NCBI GenBank assembly: GCA_002633005.1
Contig: NMRA01000567.1
Span: 130,954-194,953 of the forward strand
DNA length: 64,000 nt
Origin: Phoronis australis
Taxonomy: Eukaryota > Animalia > Phoronida
Direction of reading: 5' to 3'
The position numbers and the translations under genes are program-made. Of this stretch, positions 33,534 through 46,881 are shown one piece after another. Below the pieces are notes generated by a model. That model did no database searches, was not told where the DNA came from, and was given only the letters and a program-made list of their open reading frames with translations. Position 1 is the stretch's first letter. Every line of letters starts with the position of its first letter.

Positions 33534-35787
33534 GTGTCGCGTTTTAGCGCCGGACATTTATTTTTTCGAAGGCATTTTTTTCGCCAGACATTAAACCAAA
33601 GCAGCGCTTATTTAAAACTAGGGGCTTATTTAACAGCCAGTTTTATACAGCCGGCGCCCATCCCAACGGCATGGTGTGTTTGATATGTTTTTATGAATAT
33701 TGTTTTGAACATTGTTCGCTTCACTTGACAACCACATCCAGACGAGTCCGCAAACCTGCCGGCTTCTTCATGTTATATGTTAAAACAACCATTGCGTCAC
33801 ATGACTTTTAACGCTTGAAACGCGTATATTCATTTATTTCCACGTGTTGTTGACTGACAATAGTAGATCCTGGGCTATCCAGTAAAACACTGAATCTTGA
33901 ATTAACTGCCCCTGGAGATTATATGAGACCCAGCGCTTACTTTGCAATGATGTTTATACCCGGCGTCGATTCTACGGTGTGCCTTTGAAAAACCATCACA
34001 TTTTTCGCCCAAATCATGTATCCATGGCCACAAATAATATAAAAAAATAATTACAGGCGGTCTGTTACACGCTCTACCAGACGTGCACAGGCCGCTCATT
34101 CCACTGACCACCTAGAACCATGATTTATTCACCTTATCAATATGTATAGTAGTTGTAACCGAGCTGAAGAGCTAAAAACCTGACGCAAGTATCTGGCAGT
34201 GTACCCCAGTGGAACCATAACCAAGGACATTGAGTAAAGAAAGCGAACCATATCTCTTTACTAGGACACGCTACTTGATCCTCTATCCATGACCTTCAGA
34301 TCCTAACAGCGGTTTTTTTGTTGGTTTGTCCATAAGAAAAAAAAATTAAAACATATTTTTAAAACACGCAAACGAGAAAACGTAGAATGATACAGAACAG
34401 ACAAGTAGCTTTGTCGCGTTCCTTGCGGAAACGCGAGACTAAATATGGAACAAACACCGCGAAACGCTAAGAGAGTACCAATCTTTGTGGGTCTTATCGA
34501 TATCTGTTTTACTGGTCGGACTTAGGTTATACGAAGTGACGTCACGTGTGTACTTTGAAAATAAGGTAGTAAAATCTGAGCACTTTTGAAGTTTGGCATT
34601 TCATGTGCTCGCGCGGAGTGATGTTCTGGCTAACATTTCATAGGAACCAGATTTACCTGTGTTGCCATTTAATGTTCAGCATAAGTGCGTTGTTACGAAA
34701 TTGTAAAGACTCTGTTGACACCGTGTGCCAACACAAGAGTGTTGTGTTGTATGAGTGACTCGGAGTCTGGCCAAGCTAATTAGCAGAAGTCAGTGTTTCT
34801 TACCATGCTTGTAATTAACATAAATTTGCTGTCAATCTACACATGTAATGAATTGCGTCAGTCTGCACGCGAGTTTCGGTTCCTACGTAGAACGGATGGC
34901 GCTCGTGCATTTTGACCAAATATATGCAAAGAACGGTAACTTTCAGTTTGTGATTCTTTCGTCCTCAGTTTAGATTACTCTCTGTTTCAGACGGCAAAGG
35001 CCACCTAATGCTCAGACTCCGTATGCAATCTTTGAAAATGTCACGTATCGAACAGTAGCTGTGTCATTAACAGAATTTTTTATGTTTATGCACCTAATCT
35101 CAGCTTATTGATTTACCATTAAATTTCACGAGTTGCTATGACAGTGGAACGAATACAATGACTAGGTGCAATTAATCAAAGTGGTTGGATTTGCTGTAAT
35201 TTCATAATTGTTACTCTGTTGGCAGTTACAGTATACGTCTGGGTTGAGGATTTTGGTGAATCAAACTATAATAAACAGTTCGCCTATACACTGTTGATTA
35301 CACATAGAACTAACTTTGTCGTGTATTACAAAAACGTTGTACTTGGGGATATCCAATGTGCTAACAAGGCACAACAACTCAAGTGTCCCACACGAAGTAG
35401 GAGCTCCGCCACTTGGCAACAAGGGACCCTAAGTGTAAAAATATGGCAAACTTTTATGATGACAGGAAGTAAGAAGGTTGAAAGATGTGCCGACAGAGGG
35501 CAGGGGAACGAGGCTGCTTGTTGTCCAAGGCTCCGAAAAACATTAATCTTATACTGGAAAAACGAAAGCATATTTATTAATCAGTTCTCTAGATAGGTCG
35601 TATAAATTTCTTGCACGCCATTGTTCGTATGCTTTTTATTTGTGTCTCTATCGATCGAATATATCTGACCTGATGCAAGGCAAATCTTTGTGCTAGGTGG
35701 TGAGGCTGCAGATTATCTCTTCTACAATTCTACTATGGTTTTCAGGGGTCTAGTGAGAAACGACGACCGAGGCTGAAAGTCAATATT

Positions 35788-35835
35788 TGTTGTTGTTGAT
35801 GTTGTTGTTGTTTGTTGTTGTTGTTGTCGTTGTTT
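35788..35835. repeat. Imperfect (GTT)n microsatellite
   Basis: Directly visible. Confidence 0.85.
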
Positions 35836-38800
35836 ATAAATTACAGAAAAGAGACTGCTTTTATTCATAGTTTTCTTACCAAACATGACGTTGTGTCTGA
35901 AACGAACACCAATGTACGTCACGTAGCAATCTTTTTATTTCACCATCTACCGTACAGGCCACCCAGTTACACATTGTCTAGACTCGATGACGAGCCTGCC
36001 GTTTTCATCTGTTCTGTTTCATATTACAAATCAGTAGTTCATCAATATATTTATCGTATGATTGCTGTCAATGCTAACGTACAGGAAATTGTGACGTTTG
36101 TTGGAATACGCTGAAGTTCATTTGGCCATTGATTTGAATTCATTGCCATTCCTTGCCATTTCCTTCCGTTCATCCCCTTGGCAGAAAAGTTGTTCGTCGG
36201 ACATTTTGGCTTAATGAACAGTTTTGTAACTAGTTTAGCCTAGGTTTGTTTCTTGAATTCATTGAAGTGCAGCACCTTTACTAAATACTTTTGACCGTAA
36301 ATTGCACGAGGCCGATCTGATCTGAGTTTCAGCTAAACACAGTTCGCGCTTCTTTTCAGCAGTCAAGCCACCCTAACTGTTTGGTTGCAGGCATCCATTG
36401 GTGGCCTGCTTTTGGTTTTTGGAATTTCTTATGGACAATATATCTGTGTTTTGAATTATGTGGCTCTAACAATTGTAATCATTTCAACAAGAATCTTTCA
36501 GTTGCCGAAGTTAACGCAAAACGCAATTTATTAGGCGGCGTGTTTTACCAAGCTTTACTGGTTGTGCCTTATACGCCTAGTGATTTAGAGATGCCTTGGA
36601 TGGTTTGTAGCTGAAGTTAAAAATCTCGGTTTTTGAGAGAGAAAAAACACTTTTAGGCCTATTTACATTAAGACATTATTTACATTAAGACATAATACAG
36701 GGATTTTTAGGCACAGGGAAAAAGAACAAACAGAACGTCAAATGATATCAAACTATTTCTTTTGAAATCTGAATATATTTTCCATCTTCACCCTCTGTGC
36801 AGTGATTCTCTTGTGATGTGAACCACTAGTGCCCCGTGTCTTGAGTGCCACGCCCGCTAGCAATGTAGCATTCGCTAACGATGTCGATGCAGTTCAAAAG
36901 GTGTCGTTGTTGCATGGGTGACTTGTATTGGTTAACTTGGAACCTCCTCGTAGTGCAGATTATTTGAAAAATAAGATGTGATGTATCTATATTTTCACAT
37001 ATGATTAGATTCAACGCCGCAACGATATATAGTGCTCGAAAACCCCAAAACAATTTTTCCAAAACAAGATTTATTTTTCATTTTTTTATACGATATCAAT
37101 ATTTTTGATTTGACTCAAGGCTGAAACGAACGATATGTTTAGCCAGACAACACAAAACCAAGTTTGATTCAGATCTGTGCTTTTCTGGCATCGAGAGATA
37201 ATCTTGTCAGTTCTATGTATTGGTTCTGGCCTGCTCAATTATAGCAGCAGGGTCACGTTAAGCTCATTGACACAACGGGAGTTGGCCCTGGTTGCTTAAG
37301 CTAAGGGCTTTTGTTGCCGCTTGGCTATCTGAAGAGATTGTAATTGACGGGTTACCCAGCTCGATGTCATTGCCGTGCCAGTTGAGCAGCTCCGTTAATT
37401 GCAATAATCTCATCTTGAAACATCGTGACAAAAGTGCTTAGCGATACTTATCTTTCTGTGTCCGCGATAAAATTTCAGAACCTCAGTGCCCAGCCGAGTT
37501 AGAGCCATCAAGCCATGTCATTCTTGTGTTCTGCTATATGACATCCATCACCATTCTCTGAGAAGCTGTGATCTTGACATCACTAGGCATGGATGTTGAA
37601 TAGTTGTCCAGTTTTGGTATTTAGCCCATTACGCTCATTCCTGTGACTTTTTGTGTGCCACAGTATCAAGGATGTGAGTTTTCACCCACCCGACGATTTT
37701 TCTGAGACGACGCGCTGCACAAGTGGCTTCGTCCTGAGGTATATGTAGGCGCACAGTGGTGGTAGACTGCACTGGTATAAATTCAAACATCAGTATTTCC
37801 CCTTAGTTTGTGGTGGATAAAACACTGTTTCTTTTCGTATAACCATCTTCAAAAAACAGCCTTTACTTCAACTTTAAAGCAGCGGTAAGCTAGCCAGCCA
37901 TCACGAATCAACTTTTCACCCTCCGTGATGACATTGATGTCAAAGTGTTCCTTGGTCAAATTAGAGGTGACTGCATGGCTTCCAAAGAATTGTCAGTCCG
38001 TTAATGCTTGAGACAACGTTCTTTAAGTTAGTGTCTCGGCACGGCTTGTTATTTGACGCCAGTACGCTCTCGTGGTCTCCACGAATAACGAACAGTCAGT
38101 TCTTTGTAAAACCAGAAATCAGTCCTCATATGAGTAAAGAACACGTTCAGACCAATTTTATGGCAGCAAGTGGTTTTTAAACCACTTGCTGCCCTTTAAA
38201 AATGGCTTCTTCAGTGGACGGAATGCGAGCGTGCGTTCAGTAGCGCCAGGACTTACGCTAGGACCTAGGTAAAATCTAGCCAGAATCATGTGCTCTCTTT
38301 TAAAACACACGGCAATGTCTCACGTAATGTGAAGTCTTGCTTTTTAGCGAGGTCCTAGCGTTACTGAACTGGAGGCGGGTTTAGAGTCGTTGCATAGCTT
38401 AACTCTCGTTGTACAGTCCATCTCGTTTTGTTCAACAATAGAAATTTCACAACTTCTTCTTTCGCCATCTCACTTCCTTTTATCATTTCATTAACTAAAA
38501 AGCCTTGACTAAGATTTGAAATTCATGTTAAGAGCATTTTCTGTTTCCTCGCAATTAACCAATCAAAAATTAGCATGATTTGGCGTCAAAGTCTTTGCAT
38601 TAGAGGTTGCGTTGGCCTTGCCATCGATGGCTCTGTTCTGTGCCTCTGTACTCAGAATCGAACCTCGAAAACTCAAGGCAAATGTCTATTAATTTGCACT
38701 CGAGTATATTATAGGTTACGCTGGTGAGTGTCTAGTGCATGTTCGCACTTGATCTTGAGTTAACCATCGAACTTTAATGCTGGGGTCAACAGGTGCAAAC

Positions 38801-40110
38801 TACGACCAGACTGTTATCTACATAATCCATCATGTACTTGAGCACAGAATAATAGACGGTTAGCTTGAAAATTCGCATAAAATAGAATAGAAAACGTCAA
38901 AAATCGATTTCGAGTACAAAGATTAGACGCCGGGTGCAAGGTTAAATTCCGTAGAATCGAAACAATAGTGAAAACGCAAAATCACGCAAGTGGGATGCCT
39001 TCGCGAGATATCGCCTACACTTTCCATAATGCCTTACCAATGACAAGACTGAAGCTCATCGCAAACACTGCGATGTCACAGTATGCAAATGTTTGGAGCC
39101 TTATAAAAAATCCCGTTTGATTTCAACTCCAGACGACAGAGGTTTCGAAATCGAAGCTAAATCCAGAGCTACCAGCGAGAATCCAGAGATCAGTCTCGTC
39201 TTTTGTCCCCGGCATCACGACTCGCAGGCCAGTTATACCACGGTTCAAAGAGTTGCTAAAACAGGCATAGAACCGAAATACAGCGCGTCTACTTTAGCTA
39301 AGTTTCATCGAGTTTCTTCGCATAAAAATTCATCCCAACCTCACTTTTCACGTGAAATTTAATTTCAGAAACCAAACAGTTCGAAAAATCACCAGTTTTA
39401 GACCACGACACGTATCTGTTTATTTTAGACCCCTGTTTTATTGCTTTGAAGTCATCCCTAAAAATACGGTAATTGCTCTATTTCACCCATAATGACCTTA
39501 AATGGGCGCTTTCGATGAACAGGATTCCTGACGGTGATGGCTTTGGTGAAAATCTATTAAAGAAGTATGAGGTGGAAGGCTCCAAAAATAAACCTCAAAT
39601 TCAGCAACTTCTTTTTCGTCTAAGAAATGAAGTAAAATAAGCGAGATGACGACCGATGAATTGGTGAAATATGAATGTACTGTTGAAGGATGTTGTGATG
39701 TAGTGGCTTTCCAATAACTTATTTACCGCCTGCTTGACGGTGTGTTTTGAACACGGTCGTGCAAACTGTTGAGTGTCTTATCCGCCACAGGCTATGGAAA
39801 AACATTGTTTTTGAACTTGTACCATTGTGCGCGCGTCTGCTTGAGTTCGATTACAACTCATTATGTTTAACAATCTGTCCTCTCAGCGCTATACTGGCTC
39901 AGCAGAAAACGGTGTTTGCCGGGCAAGGTTCCACTCCCCTGTTCGGTGGACTGAAACGTTTAATACCTGGCCATGAATGATTTCTGCATCTGAAGATCAC
40001 TCAGACATGCGATGAGACGTTTACACCAGAAACTGCTGGGCCCAGAGTCTAATCCATTTAGTCTCAGTCGATTTTTTGCCGACACTTTCTGTTCTACTCT
40101 AGTGCAGAAC

Positions 40111-40180
40111 CATGGGCGGCGCACCATAGTTGGCTAGGTGGGGCTATAGCCCCACTTTTTTCAGTGCTGCGCCGCTCATG
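40111..40180. mobile_element. 70-bp micro-MITE, monomer
   Basis: TIR CATGGGCGGCGCA/TGCGCCGCTCATG; 5-bp TSD AGAAC. Confidence 0.75.
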
Positions 40181-41568
40181 AGAACACTGAAGATTAATGT
40201 CTATATTATGGTATAGGTGAGTGAATATCTGATCCTCTTTTACACTTGATATAAGTTCGAGTCTGAACTCGAAATTTCAAGTTTCATGAACGCGAGTTTG
40301 GGTATGTGGGTAGCTCGAATCTAGGCCGGGTCATAAAGCGCAAACTTGGACTTTGCGTAAACCATACTGTATAATCAAGGGCAAAATAAAAGATACTTAT
40401 TTCGAGTTCGTATTAAAGTAGAATATGGAAATATCAAAAATAATTTCACAATCGATTTCGAGTCTGGGGCTTTGACTGCCCGGCCACAGGTGTCATGGAT
40501 ACGAAAGCCTACACCGTAGCTTTTTTGTACTATCTTGCTGATATCCGGTCACAGTTATTTCCTCATGTATCATGCGCAGTATAGGCCAGACCAAAAAACA
40601 TGACATTATCCGGCAATTTAGGCTTCAAGATTAAGCAATGCAAAGTGACAGTCGAGGTGGCTCATCGGTGGAGACTTTCTTGCTACCTGTTGACTGCAGT
40701 GTCATGGCGTTGACATTTGTAATGTCGTGACTCCGTCTGGTCGTATGAATCGCCTTCGAAAGAATATAGACAGATTGGTATCGCCAAGCATTTAATAATC
40801 GAAGCATGTCACCACAATGGCTTTGGTCGCGAATTTCTTGCGTCGAGTCTGTGAAACTCGCCCCGGGGCTCAGTACACGTGTCGAGTGAACTAGTTTTAG
40901 TCGATTCCTAATCTCTTCCGACTCGTGAATCGCCGTGACAAACTTCTTCGAGTATCTTACAACGAAGGCTGATCCTCCTAACAAGAGCACAGAGTAATCA
41001 TTCTCGTAGACGCCACAATTGTTGTCTGTCGGTAATACTCATGACGGCAACTCTTATAAGGTCGAACTCAACGTTTTGTGGTGCTCGAATTTTTGTTCGT
41101 AGTAAATGCTGATCACTGACGCAAATTTTGCTGTGACTATCTCGCAGGCTGTGGACCTGGTCGTCTTCGTATCATACTTACAATAAAATACTTTGGGCCG
41201 CAAAGACGCGTTTAATGACTCCGATAAACTGAGTATGTACAGGAACTAACAAACTGTCGTGGGCGTTACGTATTTTTTAAAACATTCTTGCAAATGTAAA
41301 AGTGAACAGTAAATTACTTCTTTATAAGCTGAGTGAGTTTTCAAATACTAAGTACGTGTATGGAGTGGCCTGGATTGCGCGAAGCCGACGAGGATTGCGA
41401 CAGCGGCTTCTTGCGGAGAGGCAAACGGGCTCAGTGCAGTTAGACACGTAACCCTGCCTAAGTGTTTAGAGACAGAAGTGCAAGAATAAATTTTGCAAAC
41501 TGTCTGTTGAAAAAATTCAATTGCGTACTAGGGGGAGGGGTCGGGTTTCAAAAAAATTGGTAGGTGGC

Positions 41569-41730
41569 CAGAAGCGGATCCAGGATTTTTAGTTAGTGGG
41601 GGCCAGGGCAGAGTATTATCCAAGATTGTGCCCGTCAGACATTCGCACCCCGAACTGCCAAATGGAATCTGGGGAGTGTTTTAGGGGGAGGGGGCACGTC
41701 CCCCTTGGCCCCCCTCTAAATCCGCCACTG
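41569..41730. mobile_element. Internally deleted copy of the 33229-33533 MITE
   Basis: cagaagcggatccaggattttt..attcgcaccccgaact..aaatccgccactg. Confidence 0.72.
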
Positions 41731-42285
41731 ATGACTGGGTCTCGAATAGCATGCAGTTACTGAAAGAGAACTTCATACGCAAATATATGAACAAATGCCC
41801 CACATCTTCGACATTAACAACACACTAAATGCAGTTAGTTTACAAAACATTTCCTTTATCAATTTTTCTTGACCTTTGACAACGTCTGTTGTTGAAAACA
41901 TGCTTCACTAGTTCTATTACGACGCCGTACCTTCTTTATCGTTTTCAAACGAGACTATCAGGGTATATTTAATGTCAAGCCAGATGCTTCACGATTTCTG
42001 GGTTGTATTCTTGAGTAACTATATATCTCCTTATGGTTTATTGTCAGAAATTTTAGAATATCTGTTATTACGGTAATTTTCTTGTTTTCGTTAGCTGAAG
42101 GACTCTGACGTCGCGTACGACAACCGATACGAACTGCATTAAACATTGTCTCACCTTCAACCCCCTTTGTTACGTGGATTAGTCCGTGTTTATTCAACGA
42201 TATCACGGCTCACTCGCAGTTGTTCAATTTGCTTGTCTGTAGGAAGGGTCGGTGTGATTCATGTCGGTGACGGATTTGTGGCGCG

Positions 42286-42478
42286 ATGTCCCTAAAACGC
42301 GCCGCCTGCTCGATACCTCCATGGGTGAAGCTGTTATTGTTAATCAGTTTTGTTGTTGGATACATGGTGGCCGGAGCTGCGATATTTAGCTCTTTGGAGA
42401 GACCTTTCGAGGAAGACGAGCGTGCAATGTTGAAAGCTCTACGCCATAAGTTTTTGCGAGATCACGAATGTATAACAG
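42286..42478 (+). CDS. KCNK1: TWIK/KCNK1-like K2P channel, alternative first coding exon 1b (M1 helix, cap helix, cap Cys)
   Basis: GYMVAGAAIFSSLERPFEEDERAMLKALRHKFLRDHECIT; donor G|gtaatt, phase 1; acceptor tctgtag| at 42242 with an in-frame stop before the ATG. Confidence 0.88.
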
Positions 42479-44447
42479 GTAATTAAATAATAACCGAATG
42501 ACTGAAATGCATTTTTAATTACCGTAGGCTATTTTGTGTTCGATTGGAGAACTTCTTCGCGGATTAACGAGAAAAGATTTTAATTTTTAAATAATTCTCC
42601 CCGTGAAGTCGAGACCATATCCAAGCTTTTATCTGAACGAAAAATCTCCCATTTGGCATTTCATATGAAGTCGAAATTATAGTGGTTTTCTTAACTATGA
42701 ACAATAATAATGGTTCTGACGGTGCTGAGAGACTTCTGTAGACGTAACGTCAACATTTAAGTGCCTCTGATATCCATGGACAATCGTATGCAGTCAATGT
42801 CTTCAGTCCATAGTTTGTATGTGCGATATAAGATAAGAAGAAAATTAGGCTTGGCGAATGTTAATGAAGTGTACACAAGATTCTCAATAACTGGCATGGT
42901 TGGGTTTTCAAGTATTTACTTTTTAAATGTAAGTAGACCAAAACAGTACTTGAGACAGCAGCTACAAACTGGATGCCCCAACTTCTACTGTGTAACCTGC
43001 CTGTGTACCATAATGGTTTGCTCGACTTGTGTACACCTCCTCTGATCAGAGTGATGTCAAATATTCTCGTTCGGCTTCATTGTAGTTCAAAAATTCTTAG
43101 AGTGGATTTCATCGCAAGGTAGTTCTATCGAAACTTAAGCCCAAATAAAGCTTATTCAACACAACGCCAAATATTTTCAAATCTTAACTGAATTTAATGT
43201 AACATATTAGTTTAACTTTGTTATTTTTGGTGGTGCACGACCACCACCTGAAATTGCCGCCGAAGTGTGTGACAGCTGACTTAGGAGTTGTGAGTACTCA
43301 TTCAACTACCACTCACTAGTAAAATAAGACCACCACAAACAAGATTGAAAGCTACGATATGTTTAAATTTTACTAACATCATTCGACTGGCGCAACTCGT
43401 CCTGTGTTCAAAAGTGGTGCTGCAAAGGAAAAATATATTTAATACTCCCCGATGAAGGCAGTGGAATTTGAATGGGGGAGCGCGTCATGAAAAACGTGTT
43501 TTAAGTTAAAATACTACTTTTAAGCTTTTTCAAACACGGACCAAAATTGTAACTCAAGTTAATGGTAAAAACTGTTACCTGTTTTTCATTTCATATGCGA
43601 TATGAATTATAAAAAGTGATTAATGATGTGGGTTTCGTGATGGTTATTTTTGCCATACGTACAATGCAGTTAACACCCACATAACTTCATCATAGGGACA
43701 CCGTCAAAGGTGCTGAACGACGAGGTTTGTATTTGCATGAGTTTATCTCTGTTCCAAAAAAAACTCAAGCACTTTCCTATTTCTTTTTTTGTGGATCATG
43801 GGATACGTTGAGAACATACAAAATCGATATACAACGTGTATTAAGAGAGCCGTATTAAGACACGAGAGCTGAGCATTGAAACAAACTCGCTTTCTTCGGC
43901 AACCCGTGATCTTTGCTGAAGATTTTCAAAAAGAAATTTAACCACCAGACTTTAAAGTTACTATAGTTTCTAATTTAAGTAGATTTTGCAATTATGAATG
44001 GCAAGTGCGTAGTTTTGTAATTTCAAATCCATTTTTAACTTTCAAAGGTAAAGTCATCTTTCTAGAACAGCAAACCACTACATAAACCACCTATTTTGTG
44101 ACTTGTGTTTACTGTCTAGTGTTTCTTCTAGAAACCGGCTTGTCCTCTCACCATAGACCAAAACTCCTATATGACAATGTACATATTATAATAGCCGGGA
44201 ATTTTCCATAGAACCTTATATGTGTATGAAATATGTCCACGATTTTCTCAATTTCTTGAAAATAGGGGTTTTTAGTATTTTTAGACTTTGGATGATATTG
44301 AAAATCAGGTGAATTTCTTTAAATGTTAAGAAATGCATCTAAAAGCAAAACACTAATTTCATCAAAAATAAAAAAATGAACTAAAATATCATACTCAATT
44401 CAGTTAAGTTTGAAAACATTTTCAGTGATGCTGTAGCCAGAGATTTC

Positions 44448-44856
44448 AGGTTATGTAGGACCCTAAAAACGTCGGAAACTTGTATTTCAGAAATGGATGA
44501 TCAGATTCATATTAAATTTGCACTGTTATCCAAAAGGGTATCAGGTATTTTTTTTAACTGTCACGCTTTTGCAAGATTGACTATCAAAATTAGGACGTTC
44601 ATGGAAAAACTAAAAAGTTGCATAAAACGAAAACAATATGATATTTTAGAAATCTGTATCGCAATTAAAGAGATTTCATTCTAAAGATTTATAACAAATG
44701 GAATTCGGTCTGATGTTAATGATACTGTTAGTTTTCTATGAAAGTGCCATTCTCTTTTGTTATTTTTTCTAGAAAGGCATGGTCACGTGACGAAATTGTC
44801 GACATGTGGATATTTGGCTAAATGCATAGACTTGTTCATGAAGTCCTACATGACCT
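44448..44856. mobile_element. MITE, Kolobok-like termini; related left ends at ~10415 and ~52149
   Basis: TIR AGGTTATGTAGGAC/GTCCTACATGACCT (13 of 14 match); homologous starts ttaaggttacgtaggacc and gaggttatgttggaccc. Confidence 0.6.
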
Positions 44857-46446
44857 TATAAGATGTACACCCCTGGGTGCGCGCATGCGCACTATTTACA
44901 TGTACGTGTGAGCGTTTTTAATAGGTTCCCAGCTGAGTATGAAGTTGACAAGGGGGTGCTCAGCAGCGCCATGACTTTCATTAACTTTACGAAAGCAAGG
45001 TTTAATCTGTGCTTCATTATAACAGCGATACTCACTATGATCTTGATATGTAAATGAACTTGATGAGATACTTTATATCACATGTGTGTATATCTGCATT
45101 TATGGTAGTTATTACTCAGATACTGGCATTACTAGAGACGTTTTGCGGCATGCGGCGTTTTGGGTGCGTTCTAAAAACGTTCGACACCGCTCGCGACGCT
45201 CTTGCGGTGAAATATCTTCATTTATGAAACGGAACTGTTGTCTGTTTACAATTTGAATGGACACTCTCTCAAACTCGCGGTATATTTCTCGCTAAGAACG
45301 ACAGCAGGTATCACCAAGAGACAACGAAGAAAATGTTATGTAATAGAGCCTATCGAGATTCATGTTTATAGGAAGCAATGAAATAGGCTAACACAACGGG
45401 TCATGAAAAGTTCAAAATACATACATGTAAGGTGCAAGCCTATATCTATGCATATTATACTCAGGGGACAGGAACAGCGAGTTCTATCACATAATTCAAC
45501 ATTCCAGCCTTGCCGACTAATCATTTCAATGGCTGTCAGTTTTGTAATGCACGGCAGTTAGATCCCGTGCGAAACCGGCACTCGCCTTTCACGTGCGTGG
45601 TTTTGCTTGGTAAATTTATAGAGCTGCTACTGATTTAATTGGCGACAGTGTAGAAACGTCACCATTTTGTGCCCTTGTTGTGAGGGTCAGCATTCGCTGC
45701 TAAGTTACTTGACGAAAAGGATTGGAATCGGCTAGTCTTTAGAAAAAACTTAGACAGTACCACCGTTTCAACTCATAGTGGCCCCACTACACACGGTGGC
45801 TACTCCCATAGGTCCTCCATAAGCTTGAACCTTTCGGCGAATTATGTCTCACACTGATTAAACCACCATGTTGCTATGAGCACCTTTTGGGAAAGGTCCG
45901 TATTCGTTCAGTTGCCCGAATCGGCAACTGGTCTTTTTTACACTACTCGAGCCAGGAGATATGACATCACATCTCCTGAGACGATGATCTTTTGTCTAGT
46001 AGGAGCCGAACTAGTTTAGGCTGCAGACCTTGTGTGAGGGTTATGCACCAAGATGGAAATCCTACTTTTTCTGCGTAGTTGGGATTCTCGCACGTGGGCT
46101 AATTGAGCCGGTAACGTAAAATTCAGTTCTTGCAAGATTTCCATTTATTGCTTTTTCTGTATTATCAATCAAAAGGCATATGACGCCTTGTATATGAGAA
46201 GATGAATTGAGGACTGCGTTGTCTCATCATCAAAAAAGATCGATGCAATATTATTGGTAGTTAAATATCAAAGGATAGGATGCATTTGAGTTCCCAATTC
46301 AAATGCTACATGTACGTTCCTTTGCAGCTCCCTCGTGTGGTAACAAAGACTGGTTGGACCAAGACATTATCTATAATGTAACTCAAAGGGCTGCCATAGA
46401 AATGGATTTAGGAATTCAACCGGATTTTATGTTTTTCTTATATTCT

Positions 46447-46881
46447 AAAGAGGCCTGAAGCGCGATAGACAGAACAAACTGCAGTACTGGAAGTGGTTTT
46501 CTGCCATTGAAACAGAAATCAACCGACTCACAAGGTTCTTTTTAGTGTATGTTTGTAAAGATGTTTAATTTCCGTTGATTTCAAACCATTTTCTTTTAGT
46601 TTCAAATTTCAAAAAGTGATCGGTCAATTGCTCGCCTCTTCGTCGATTTTTCTCCCAGAAGACAAAGCGCGCCTCCTCGTTTGGTATGGCAAGACAGCAC
46701 ATTTCCCTTATATGGAAAATGTGACCTTTGACTTCAAGCGACTTCAAGCAACTGACTGTGAGCGCATGCTCGCATTTATCAAAAGTGGGAGAGAGATTAG
46801 AAACTCTGTGGTAACCACAGAGTTTTTCCTTCGCGCGTACTTAAAAAAATCGTGATTTTTTTCTGGAAATCTCCTCACAGA
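46447..46881 (+). repeat. ~430-bp dispersed repeat, second copy at 60651-61084
   Basis: Collinear similarity from aaagaggc..gcgata through gagcgcatg..gattagaaactctg to cctcacag. Confidence 0.75.
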
